A stretch of 40,094 bases of DNA. Origin: an uncultured Peptostreptococcaceae bacterium (GTDB lineage Bacteria > Bacillota > Clostridia > Peptostreptococcales > Filifactoraceae). Of the stretch, positions 9,258 through 18,593 are shown piece by piece (positions within the stretch are counted from its first letter, which is position 1; the number at the start of each line of letters is the position of its first letter). The notes under the pieces are model-generated. The model was not told where the DNA came from, ran no database searches, and was given only the letters and a program-made list of their open reading frames with translations. The stretch lies in contig CAZFTH010000001.1 in the NCBI GenBank assembly GCA_964521745.1, positions 1-40,094 on the forward strand. The letters run 5' to 3'. The position numbers and the translations under genes are program-made.

Positions 9258-11631
9258 AAAAGATAAATCTTCTTTGATAAAAGAAAAATCAGAATCTAAA
9301 GGCTTTATGATTTCTTTTTTTAAAAAGAGAACTCCACCAATCCAAACTGTACAAGATACAATCCCTTATCAAAGAATCCTTCCAGATGGAATTTGTCATC
9401 TAGGTGGAAAAAAGTATAATAAAACAATCCAGTTCTTTGATATAAACTATCAGCTTGCACAAAATGATGATAAAACTATAATATTTGAAAACTACTGTGA
9501 TTTTCTAAATTACTTTGATTCATCTGTAGAATTTCAACTTTCTTTCATAAATCAAAAAGGGAATATAGAAGACTTTAAAAGAAATATAGAAATGCCTAGT
9601 TCAAGTGATAATTTTAATGAAATTAGGGAAGAGTTTTCTAATATGCTAAAAAATCAGCTAAGTAAAGGTAACAATGGTCTTATAAAAACTAAGTACATCA
9701 CCTACACTATAGAAGCTGAAAATTTAAAAAATGCAAAACAAAGACTAGAAAGAATAGAATCGGATATACTAAATAATTTTAAAGTATTAGGAGCAAGAGC
9801 TATCGCTTTAGATGGAAAAGAAAGATTAGAACTCCTTTTTAATATTATGAATCCAGATTCAGATAGTAAATTCAACTTCACATGGAATAGTATCAAAAAT
9901 GGTGGAATGTCTACAAAAGACTATATAGTTCCATCTTCTTTTAATTTTGGAGATAGAAAAGTATTTAGAATGGGCGATATGTATTCAGCGGTATCCCATA
10001 TAGTTATTAATGCTCCTGAAATGAATGATAGAATGCTTGCAGACCTTTTAGATATAGATGAAAACATATCTATAAGCTTTCATATTCATTCAATAGACCA
10101 AAACAAAGCTATCAAGATGATTAAGAGTAAGCAATCTGATTTAAATAAAATGAAAATAGAAGAACAAAAGAAAGCTGTAAGAGCTGGTTATGATATGGAT
10201 ATTATCCCTTCAGATATTCAGACTTTTACAAAGGAAACTGAAAATTTTCTAGATGATCTGCAAAATAGAAACGAAAGAATGTTTGTAACTACTATAACTG
10301 TTATGAACACTGCATTAACAAGGCAAAAGCTTGAAAATACAGTATCTCAAGTACAATCAATATCTACTAAATATAACTGCATGATGAAAAGACTAGACTA
10401 TCAGCAAGAAAGAGGACTTGTTTCTTCACTTCCACTTGGAAAAAATAGGATTGAGATTAAAAGGATTCTTACAACCTCTAGTACAGCTATTTTTGTACCC
10501 TTTACCACACAAGAGCTTTTTATGGGTGGAGAATCACTTTATTACGGTCTTAATGCCCTTTCTAATAACATTATCATGGTAGATAGAAAAGCACTTAAAA
10601 ATCCAAATGGTTTGATTTTAGGTGTGCCGGGAGCTGGTAAATCTTTCGCAGCTAAAAGAGAAATTACAAATTCTTTTTTAAGAACGACAGATGATATTAT
10701 CGTTGGAGACCCAGAGGGTGAATATGCTCCACTTGTTAATACTTTAAAGGGACAAGTAATAAACATATCCCCTAACTCGAAAGACTATATAAATCCTATG
10801 GATATAAACCTTAATTATGCAGAAGATGACGACCCACTTACATTAAAGTCAGAATTCATCTTATCTCTTTGTGAGCTTGTAGTAGGTACAAAGATGGGCC
10901 TTGATGGAAAAGAAAATTCAATAGTAGATAGATGCGTAAGACTTATATATAGGAAATATTTAGAAAATCCTGTTCCTGAAAATATGCCTATCCTTGAAGA
11001 TTTATACAAAACTCTTTTGCAACAGGAAGACCCTGAAGCAAAACGCATTGCAACCTCTCTTGAAATCTATGTTACTGGTTCACTTAATGTTTTTAATCAT
11101 CAAACAAACATAGATATTCATAACCGCTTTGTTTGCTACAATTTTAAAGAGCTTGGAAAAGCTCTTAAAAAAATCGGTATGCTAATAATTCAGGATCAAG
11201 TATGGAATAGAGTTTCTATGAATAGAGGTAAAAAGGCTACAAGATATTATATTGATGAATTTCACCTTCTCTTAAAAGAACCTCAAACAGCCTCATACTC
11301 TGTGGAAATATGGAAAAGATTTAGAAAATGGGGAGGAATTCCAACTGGTATAACCCAAAATGTTAAAGATTTGTTGTCTTCAAAAGAAATAGAAAATATA
11401 TTTGAAAACAGTGAGTTTATCTATATGCTATCTCAAGCATCCGGGGATAGAGCAGAACTTGCTCAAAGACTAAACATATCCCCCCATCAACTATCTTATG
11501 TAACCCATACCAATCCAGGTGAAGGGTTACTTTTTTATGGAAATGTAACTATTCCATTCATAGATAAGTTTCCCAAAGAAACAATACTATACAAAGTAAT
11601 GACTACAAAACCTGAAGAAGTTAGTTCATAA
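9181..11631 (+). CDS. virB4: VirB4/TraE ATPase
   Basis: Walker A GVPGAGKS, YIDEFH, WKRFRKWGGIPTGITQN. Confidence 0.95.
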   Translation: MQNLQNQQQKKQIQKLQKSKEEYQHRKDKSSLIKEKSESKGFMISFFKKRTPPIQTVQDTIPYQRILPDGICHLGGKKYNKTIQFFDINYQLAQNDDKTIIFENYCDFLNYFDSSVEFQLSFINQKGNIEDFKRNIEMPSSSDNFNEIREEFSNMLKNQLSKGNNGLIKTKYITYTIEAENLKNAKQRLERIESDILNNFKVLGARAIALDGKERLELLFNIMNPDSDSKFNFTWNSIKNGGMSTKDYIVPSSFNFGDRKVFRMGDMYSAVSHIVINAPEMNDRMLADLLDIDENISISFHIHSIDQNKAIKMIKSKQSDLNKMKIEEQKKAVRAGYDMDIIPSDIQTFTKETENFLDDLQNRNERMFVTTITVMNTALTRQKLENTVSQVQSISTKYNCMMKRLDYQQERGLVSSLPLGKNRIEIKRILTTSSTAIFVPFTTQELFMGGESLYYGLNALSNNIIMVDRKALKNPNGLILGVPGAGKSFAAKREITNSFLRTTDDIIVGDPEGEYAPLVNTLKGQVINISPNSKDYINPMDINLNYAEDDDPLTLKSEFILSLCELVVGTKMGLDGKENSIVDRCVRLIYRKYLENPVPENMPILEDLYKTLLQQEDPEAKRIATSLEIYVTGSLNVFNHQTNIDIHNRFVCYNFKELGKALKKIGMLIIQDQVWNRVSMNRGKKATRYYIDEFHLLLKEPQTASYSVEIWKRFRKWGGIPTGITQNVKDLLSSKEIENIFENSEFIYMLSQASGDRAELAQRLNISPHQLSYVTHTNPGEGLLFYGNVTIPFIDKFPKETILYKVMTTKPEEVSS

Positions 11632-11648
11632 AATAAGGAGTTGATGAA

Positions 11649-11852
11649 ATGATTGTCGGAATCGAGAACATTACAGAAGATCAAAAGAAATTAATGTTTA
11701 GAACAAACGAGCTGCACACTAAATGCGTAGGAAATGACTACAAGGATGGAATGAAAATTGTTAAAGTTTGGATTGATGAAAACAATTGCGTGTGCGTAAG
11801 GCTCAAAAATAGCCAATGGTATCACTATAACGCAAAGGGCGAGTGGTATTAA
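11649..11852 (+). CDS. 67-aa hypothetical protein
   Basis: AAGGAG RBS; Trp/Cys/His-containing C-terminus. Confidence 0.7.
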   Translation: MIVGIENITEDQKKLMFRTNELHTKCVGNDYKDGMKIVKVWIDENNCVCVRLKNSQWYHYNAKGEWY

Positions 11853-11864
11853 GGAGCTGATTTA

Positions 11865-14546
11865 ATGGCTAAAAAACTTACTTCTAAGGATAAAATAGTC
11901 AATAAAATGACTAAAGATGGCTTAGAAGAATTAAATGTTACAAAAGGAACTAAAGAAAATATAAGTAATCGTATAAAAGACATATCCCTTGAACGAACGA
12001 AAGAAAAGCTTGATTTGAAGACTCAAAATATAGATAAGAAAAAGAAAAATATCAAAAAGAAAATACAAAAGCAAAATAAAAACAGTAATTTTGATTCAGT
12101 GGAATCTTATAGCAAGGTTAATAATCCGGGATATGAAAAAGGCAATTTTATTTCCTCTTCAGATACTTCGATTAGAAAGAATACAAAAAGTCCAAATAAA
12201 AAATCTTTTAGACCTTCTAAAAAAAGTACCGATGAACTTAATTCTTTAAAAATCAAAATCCATATAGATAAAACACGATTTAAGTTTAAGCATATTTCTG
12301 ATAAAGCAAAACTTCAAGAAAAAAGTGTTAGATTCTCAAACTCTCATATAAAAGAATTGAAACATAAACATAGCAACTTATCTTTAAAAAATAAAAAACT
12401 ACAAAATAAACGAAATTATGGAGTTAGAGAAAAAATCGTTGAATCTTTAGAGGAAGATGATAATTCCCTTCAATCCGATACATTTAAAACCGTTAATAGC
12501 ACTAATCAAAAGCTTCAAAATTTGTCGAAATCTGTCAGAAAAATAAAAGTAAATCATAATAATAAGAAAGCTAAAGAAAAAATAAAAAATGACCTTTTAG
12601 ATAATAGAAATAAATTCCAGAGTTCAAGACTACAATTTTATGAATCTAAAAAAGAAAAACACCCTAGTAGATTTCTTCTTTCCCCTACTTATTATACTTT
12701 TAGATTTGCCAAAGACTCCACCTTAGATTCTATCGAGAAAGATAAAAGTTTGCATTCAGAAACCTTTAAGTTTGTAACTGACTCAAAAAATATTATAGGA
12801 ACTAAAATAAATACAGTTAGAAAACTAGGTAATTTAAGAGAAAAACCTAAAACCCAAAAGGATTTAAATAAATCTAAAAGTGCATTAAACCAACAAAATA
12901 AAGATATTATTCAACATGAGAAAAAAAGAAATCTAAATCAATATTCAAAAGCCGAAAAGAAGAAATTGCAAAAATTAATCTATAAAAAACATTATGCTAA
13001 AGCATTTAAAAGTAGTGAACTTAAAAAATCATCAGAAACTTTCGAAATAAATCAGAGTCGTTTTGTGATGTTAATAAAATCATCTAAAGCTGCTATGGTT
13101 AGAGTGGTAACTGCCTTTTCCTCTCTTTTAGGAATCCCTCTTGTAATTGCATTTTTCTTTGCTTGTGTTTTCATGCTCCTAGTTTCTATATCTAGCATTG
13201 GTGGTGCTGTAGTTGCATCAATAGTATATCAATCATCAGATATCGAGATAACAAAAACTAACGGATATTTTTCAGAGCTTGAAGTAGATTTAGCTATTGA
13301 TATAATTGATACTGAACAAAATCACCCTGTATATGATGAATATGAGTACAGTTTAGATAATATCGGACATGACCCTCATATGATTGCATCGTATCTATCA
13401 GTAATATTTTCCCATGGTTTTGAGCTTGAAGACAGTAAAGTTAAATCCGAAATAGAAGATTTGTTTAGCACTATGTATAGACTTGAGAGAATTCCAAGAA
13501 CTGAAATACGATATTCAGGTGAAACTTCATACACTGTTACTATTCTCAGAACCGTACTAAACACAAAGCCCCTTGAAGATGTTATAGATTCAAAGTTTGG
13601 TCTTTTAGGTGTAAAAGAAAAGATTTCATATAAGATGTTTTATGAAGCTAAAGGTAGCTTTACATTTATGAAAAGTCCAATTTTAGATGATTGGAAAACA
13701 GATGTCATAAGAAAGTTTGGATATAGCTTAGAGCCTGATACTAGACAAAAAATATTCTACCCTGCAATAGATATTCAACCTACCGGTGAAAAAGTATTTG
13801 CACTTGTAGATGGAATTATTAGTTTTGGTAATAATGAATTTGGTGAGTATCTTGAAATTTTAACCTTTGCAGGAAACAGAGTTAGATATTTTAATGTATC
13901 TAACTTTTTAGTTGAAGAGGGATATGAGGTTAATGCCGGCGAAGAATTATGCTCTATAGCTGAGTCTTCTAACGATACTTATATGAGTTCTTTTCTAACA
14001 GTTCAACTAATTGATAAGTTTGATAACTACCTAGACCCATATTTCTACCTTTTATCAAATACCGATACTTTGTCAGATGCATATATAGTAGATTTCTCTC
14101 AAAATAATAATTATAGCAACAATCCTAATTATACTTTCCCTAATGATGTTGACTTTGAAAACTACGATGAATGGGTAAAAGTACTTTTAGAAGAATCCCA
14201 AAAGCACCTTGGAAAGAGATATGTATTTGGAGCAAATGGCCCTAACACATTTGATTGCTCTAGCTTTGTTACTTGGACCTTTACCCACTCAGGAGTAAAG
14301 CATATGCCTAGAACTACAGCTCAAGGTATATATAATTCGACTCAAAGGATATCAAAAGAAGAATTAAGACCTGGAGATATAGTTTTCTTTACAGGAACAT
14401 ATAACGCCGGAAGACCAGTAACCCACGTTGGAATATATGTTGGCAATGGAACTATGATTCATGCAGGTGATCCGGTTCAATATGCAAATCTTAACTCAAG
14501 CTATTGGCAAAAGCATTACTATGGAGCTGGAAGAGTAACTCCATAA
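11865..14546 (+). CDS. conjugation peptidoglycan hydrolase: NlpC/P60 with degenerate M23-like domain
   Basis: FDCSSF and HVGIYVGNG motifs; Lys-rich N-terminus and TM segment. Confidence 0.9.
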   Translation: MAKKLTSKDKIVNKMTKDGLEELNVTKGTKENISNRIKDISLERTKEKLDLKTQNIDKKKKNIKKKIQKQNKNSNFDSVESYSKVNNPGYEKGNFISSSDTSIRKNTKSPNKKSFRPSKKSTDELNSLKIKIHIDKTRFKFKHISDKAKLQEKSVRFSNSHIKELKHKHSNLSLKNKKLQNKRNYGVREKIVESLEEDDNSLQSDTFKTVNSTNQKLQNLSKSVRKIKVNHNNKKAKEKIKNDLLDNRNKFQSSRLQFYESKKEKHPSRFLLSPTYYTFRFAKDSTLDSIEKDKSLHSETFKFVTDSKNIIGTKINTVRKLGNLREKPKTQKDLNKSKSALNQQNKDIIQHEKKRNLNQYSKAEKKKLQKLIYKKHYAKAFKSSELKKSSETFEINQSRFVMLIKSSKAAMVRVVTAFSSLLGIPLVIAFFFACVFMLLVSISSIGGAVVASIVYQSSDIEITKTNGYFSELEVDLAIDIIDTEQNHPVYDEYEYSLDNIGHDPHMIASYLSVIFSHGFELEDSKVKSEIEDLFSTMYRLERIPRTEIRYSGETSYTVTILRTVLNTKPLEDVIDSKFGLLGVKEKISYKMFYEAKGSFTFMKSPILDDWKTDVIRKFGYSLEPDTRQKIFYPAIDIQPTGEKVFALVDGIISFGNNEFGEYLEILTFAGNRVRYFNVSNFLVEEGYEVNAGEELCSIAESSNDTYMSSFLTVQLIDKFDNYLDPYFYLLSNTDTLSDAYIVDFSQNNNYSNNPNYTFPNDVDFENYDEWVKVLLEESQKHLGKRYVFGANGPNTFDCSSFVTWTFTHSGVKHMPRTTAQGIYNSTQRISKEELRPGDIVFFTGTYNAGRPVTHVGIYVGNGTMIHAGDPVQYANLNSSYWQKHYYGAGRVTP

Positions 14547-14551
14547 TTTTA

Positions 14552-14599
14552 AAAACCTAAAACACTTTAGTGTCATGGTACTATAACTTTATAAAATTT
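14552..14599. repeat. 8-bp repeat array
   Basis: AAAACCTA AAACACTT TAGTGTCA TGGTACTA TAACTTTA. Confidence 0.55.
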
Positions 14600-14622
14600 T
14601 ATAATTAAAACATCATAAATTT

Positions 14623-14657
14623 AAAAAGGCATCTTAAATATAGATGTCTTTTTCTTT
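14623..14657 (+). terminator. intrinsic terminator
   Basis: AAAAAGGCATCT/AGATGTCTTTTT stem with T tract. Confidence 0.65.
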
Positions 14658-14669
14658 GGAGGTAAACCT

Positions 14670-14993
14670 ATGCTAAACCCAGATAAAATAAGAAATTCAA
14701 TTTCCAGTGTAGAAGAAAAAATTGAAAAGAAACGAGACAGTATCGAAAAAATAAAAAAAGATATCGAAAATCTTGAAGGTGAAATCGAAAAACTAAATAG
14801 TGTAATAACCGGAGAATTTTTAAATAAAATAGAGATGTCACCTATGGATTTACTTAGACTACTTGAAAAGAAGGACAGTATTTTCTTAGATAGCTCAAAA
14901 ATTATAATCAATAATCCGAAATTTGAAAATACTACTGAAAATAGTTCTGACAATAAAGAAATACATGATTTTCAAGATAAAAATGAAGAATAA
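14670..14993 (+). CDS. DUF4315-like coiled-coil ICE protein
   Basis: Coiled coil plus MSPMDL; usual position before DUF4366. Confidence 0.6.
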   Translation: MLNPDKIRNSISSVEEKIEKKRDSIEKIKKDIENLEGEIEKLNSVITGEFLNKIEMSPMDLLRLLEKKDSIFLDSSKIIINNPKFENTTENSSDNKEIHDFQDKNEE

Positions 14994-15018
14994 AATCATA
15001 CAAAAGTGAGGTAAAAAT

Positions 15019-15939
15019 ATGAACCCTGTAATAGCTACAATACTAACTACAGCTTTACTTGTCTCCCCTACTCTCTCATATGCATCAGATGGCTTGGACT
15101 TAGATGAAAATATATCTCCTATCAAGACTTCTACAGCTTCATATGAACAATTGAATAATACCGCACAATCTATATCTATGGCTGACCCATACAAAGCACC
15201 CGCAAAAACTTCTACTCCAATTGGTGGAAATGTAGAAAAACCCAACTTCACCTCCCCTACTAGCCCATCTCAGTCTAGAGGAGATATAACAGAAAATGTT
15301 GGAGAAGATGGGCATCAGTTTGATTCAGATATCCCCCCTAAAAGACAATTTTTAACTTTTCAAACAGATTCAGGGAAAGAATTTCATCTCATAATAGACT
15401 ATAGTAAAAATGACCAACAAGTTCGTATGCTTACAGAGGTCTCAGAATCTGACCTTTTAAATCTAATTAATAAATCAAGAAAAAATAGTGGAGAACTTAA
15501 TGACTCCGAAGAAACTAGAGAAGATATGGAAATTAGATTAAAAGCTGAAATTAAAGAACAAATAGAAAAAGAAGAAGCAGAAATGATTTTAGCTGAACAA
15601 GAAAGTAATATGGATAAAAAACCTAACTCTACCCTATTTATTATTGCTCTTGTTGCTCTTTTTGTAGGAGGATTTGGCTATTATAAGAAAATCTATCTCA
15701 AAAATAAAAACACAGCTTCTATAGATGACGAATACGAAGATTCTGATGAGGATAATGAATATTTAGATGAGTATGAAGATGATTATATAGCAAATGAATA
15801 TGATGAGCATTTGAATGCAGACATTTCTCAATCATCCGATGCCCTTAATAAAAGTGAATCTAGCAATACAAATGATGATTTATCTTTCGAAGAAGGATTT
15901 GAAGAAGATTACGATGATGAATTTAATAAAAAAGAATAA
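15019..15939 (+). CDS. DUF4366-family membrane-anchored ICE protein
   Basis: RQFLTFQTDSGKEFHLIID...LTEVSESDLL, signal peptide, TM segment, acidic tail. Confidence 0.85.
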   Translation: MNPVIATILTTALLVSPTLSYASDGLDLDENISPIKTSTASYEQLNNTAQSISMADPYKAPAKTSTPIGGNVEKPNFTSPTSPSQSRGDITENVGEDGHQFDSDIPPKRQFLTFQTDSGKEFHLIIDYSKNDQQVRMLTEVSESDLLNLINKSRKNSGELNDSEETREDMEIRLKAEIKEQIEKEEAEMILAEQESNMDKKPNSTLFIIALVALFVGGFGYYKKIYLKNKNTASIDDEYEDSDEDNEYLDEYEDDYIANEYDEHLNADISQSSDALNKSESSNTNDDLSFEEGFEEDYDDEFNKKE

Positions 15940-15989
15940 CTCTTTTGTCCAATAATTTTTAAATCTTTAATCTAAAACTTAATTGTTTC

Positions 15990-16053
15990 AAACACTATAG
16001 TGTTATAAATTTATGACGTTATAGTGTTTGAATGTTTTAATATTATGGCGTTA
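15990..16053. repeat. 8-bp repeat array, eight phased units
   Basis: AAACACTA TAGTGTTA TAAATTTA TGACGTTA TAGTGTTT GAATGTTT TAATATTA TGGCGTTA. Confidence 0.65.
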
Positions 16054-16228
16054 GGATATTTTGAAATATACAATCTTCTTAAAATAACCTTACATAAAAT
16101 TAAAAATAGCATTTAGCTAAAATCTTTCAATTTAATACTTTGCTATATTTTGGTATGATAGATAATAGTAAAATAAATTTAGGCTATTTAGTTCTTTTAA
16201 AAATAAATAATAAAGGGGAAATGGGAAA

Positions 16229-17287
16229 ATGAAATTTAAATTAGCTTCTATAACACTTGCAGTATCTATGGTGATGCTTATGTCTCCGGCACTTGAGTTA
16301 AATAAAGTCTACGCAAATAGCTTTACATCAGAGTGGGCAAAGCCTACGGTGGACGCAATGAGTAACGCAGGTCTGATTCCTAATTCATTGAAGAATGATG
16401 CAGATTTTAGGGAGGACATATCAAGAGAGGAGTTTGCAGAGCTTATAACAACTTATTTCAATAAGGTTAAGAAGCAGACAAGCATTCCATCTTCTAGTGA
16501 TTCTAAGTTTACGGATACGAACAATCCACTTATCACATTGGCAAATCAGCTAGGAATTGTTGGAGGATACCCTGATGGTTCATTTAAGCCTAATGCAACA
16601 ATCACTAGACAAGAGATAGCAGTAATGGCTAACCAAGCGGAAAGACAGTTATCTAATATCTCCCAATCTAAAGACGTAAAGAAATTTACAGATAATAGAA
16701 ACATAGCACCATGGGCACAAGAAGGTGTTGGCTCATTATCTAAAGCAGGTGGAATTGGTGGATATCCTGATGGAACATTTAAACCGACCAACAAAATGTC
16801 AAAGCAAGAAGCAATAGCACTTGTGGGAAATCTAGCGACTAAAGCAGGTTTAATAGCAAAGCCAACTGCTCCAGTAGTTCCACCTGTAGGTGGGCAGACT
16901 AAAGCAGAAGCACAGGCTCTTTATCAGGCTGAAATGGGCAAACTCATCGTAACAGGGTTAAATAAAGTACCTGTTCCAGTAGACAGAATAAATAGCTTTA
17001 GAGTGGTGGAAAATGGAACGCCTTTTGAAGTTAATGGGGTAAAGGTATTAAGAGTTAATCTTGAGGAAAAAAGCGGAACAGGTATTTGGATAACTCAAGA
17101 AGGAACTGGGGAATCTGTTTCTGCATCAGCTCATATTTACCTATTTGATGGTAACTCTGGGGTTTGGTCCAACGTAGAAAGAGGTTCCACTGGGCACTGG
17201 TGGGTTAGTTCCTTTAAGCCTGAATTGGTAAAAGCAGTAATGTTTACTGACGGTAATGGCAATAGAATACTGGTTAAAATAAAATAG
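16229..17287 (+). CDS. secreted S-layer homology (SLH) domain protein
   Basis: Signal peptide; ISREEFA, GYPDGSFKPNATITRQE and GYPDGTFKP motifs. Confidence 0.9.
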   Translation: MKFKLASITLAVSMVMLMSPALELNKVYANSFTSEWAKPTVDAMSNAGLIPNSLKNDADFREDISREEFAELITTYFNKVKKQTSIPSSSDSKFTDTNNPLITLANQLGIVGGYPDGSFKPNATITRQEIAVMANQAERQLSNISQSKDVKKFTDNRNIAPWAQEGVGSLSKAGGIGGYPDGTFKPTNKMSKQEAIALVGNLATKAGLIAKPTAPVVPPVGGQTKAEAQALYQAEMGKLIVTGLNKVPVPVDRINSFRVVENGTPFEVNGVKVLRVNLEEKSGTGIWITQEGTGESVSASAHIYLFDGNSGVWSNVERGSTGHWWVSSFKPELVKAVMFTDGNGNRILVKIK

Positions 17288-17301
17288 GGCAGGTGAGGTA
17301 A

Positions 17302-18294
17302 ATGAGAATAAAGAGAGGTATAAGTTTATTGCTTATGCTATCTCTTGTACTTACCTCATTGGTAGGTTTAACAGGAGAACAAGTACAAGCAGAACCAAAG
17401 CCAGCACCTATGGGCGAAGTAGTGTATGCACATTTTGGATATCACGATACATGGACAACTCAGTGGATTGGCAAGGGTGATTTGGCTACTGAGGAAGGTA
17501 AAACATTATCCTCTAATCTTAGTATTTCTTGGGACAAGGGTGCTCCTAAATCAAGTCAAACATCAGAAATTACTCTTAGTGCAGCGGCATTTAATGTAAG
17601 TAATGCGGAGGAATTTAAAAATCAGTATAAAGTAGTTCCTTTACAACCTGCGGCTTTAATGAGCTTTGGGTATAGTGCAGAGCAAGCAGATAAGATAATA
17701 GCAGACACATTAGCAAGAAATGCATCAATACCTGCAGGCGAACCTTCAATGGGTACATCGTTAGACCCGTTTATAGAAAAGTACGTTGATAAAGGAGTAA
17801 CAAATTATTCAATAAATAATAACGGTATAAACAGCAGTGGAGATAATATTAAAATACCAATGTCGTATGCCCTTAGTGGTCCTAATACCGATTTTTGGGG
17901 CGAAGATTTGACAGAAATGGTCGGAAACGCTTATTCAGGCTTACCAGCAAGGGTAGCGACCTACAAAGCAGAAGGAAGAACATATGCTGAGTTTAGAACA
18001 TGGGTACTTCAGTATTATGTAATGCCTGAGTCAAGTTTACAACATCTATGGAACAATGGGTATTTAGCTAGTGGAACAGTAGGTTGGCGTTGGTATATCC
18101 CATTTGCAGTAATTAGAGTAGGACAACCAGGCGACCTAAACGTTCCCGACCTATCAATTACAGTTGATAACGGTGGAGACATAACCTGTGAAGCAACTGT
18201 AGAAAATTCATTTACAGACAATCTTAAAAGAGTTCAGTTTGTATGGGAACTTGAAACACCAGCAGGAACAGTAATATATAAACTTACAGAATAA
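17302..18294 (+). CDS. secreted hypothetical protein, possibly C-terminally truncated
   Basis: Signal peptide ending VQA; ends within a beta-strand-like segment. Confidence 0.7.
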   Translation: MRIKRGISLLLMLSLVLTSLVGLTGEQVQAEPKPAPMGEVVYAHFGYHDTWTTQWIGKGDLATEEGKTLSSNLSISWDKGAPKSSQTSEITLSAAAFNVSNAEEFKNQYKVVPLQPAALMSFGYSAEQADKIIADTLARNASIPAGEPSMGTSLDPFIEKYVDKGVTNYSINNNGINSSGDNIKIPMSYALSGPNTDFWGEDLTEMVGNAYSGLPARVATYKAEGRTYAEFRTWVLQYYVMPESSLQHLWNNGYLASGTVGWRWYIPFAVIRVGQPGDLNVPDLSITVDNGGDITCEATVENSFTDNLKRVQFVWELETPAGTVIYKLTE

Positions 18295-18337
18295 TAACCT
18301 TAGAACATTATAAGTTTATAGTGTTTTAAGGTTATTA
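18292..18337. repeat. palindromic 8-bp repeat array
   Basis: TAACCTTA GAACATTA TAAGTTTA TAGTGTTT TAAGGTTA. Confidence 0.6.
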
Positions 18338-18443
18338 TTTTAATCAAATTTATTCTCTATTTACCTATCCCATTAAAATAAGCTTCTAACCCCCTTATTT
18401 TAATATATAAATTAAAAATTTCAAAAAAGAAAGGATGGTCTTA

Positions 18444-18593
18444 ATGAACAAGCTATTTGATTTATTTGGTGTGAAAAGCCATAAAGAATTAATGGATTTT
18501 ATTAAAAAAAATCCTGAAGACAATCTTGTTAAAGAAATTAAAGAGTTATTTGAGATGCTTGATTTACCATTGGAAGAAGGTGGAAAAAATTAA
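18444..18593 (+). CDS. 49-aa protein overlapping radC, not in ORF track
   Basis: GAAAGGA RBS; MNKLFDLFGVKSHKELMDFIKKNPEDNLVKEIKELFEMLDLPLEEGGKN. Confidence 0.65.
   Translation: MNKLFDLFGVKSHKELMDFIKKNPEDNLVKEIKELFEMLDLPLEEGGKN

Noticed and set aside
15990-16053. Repeat arrays as CRISPR
   Set aside because: Contiguous 8-bp units without spacers; no cas genes
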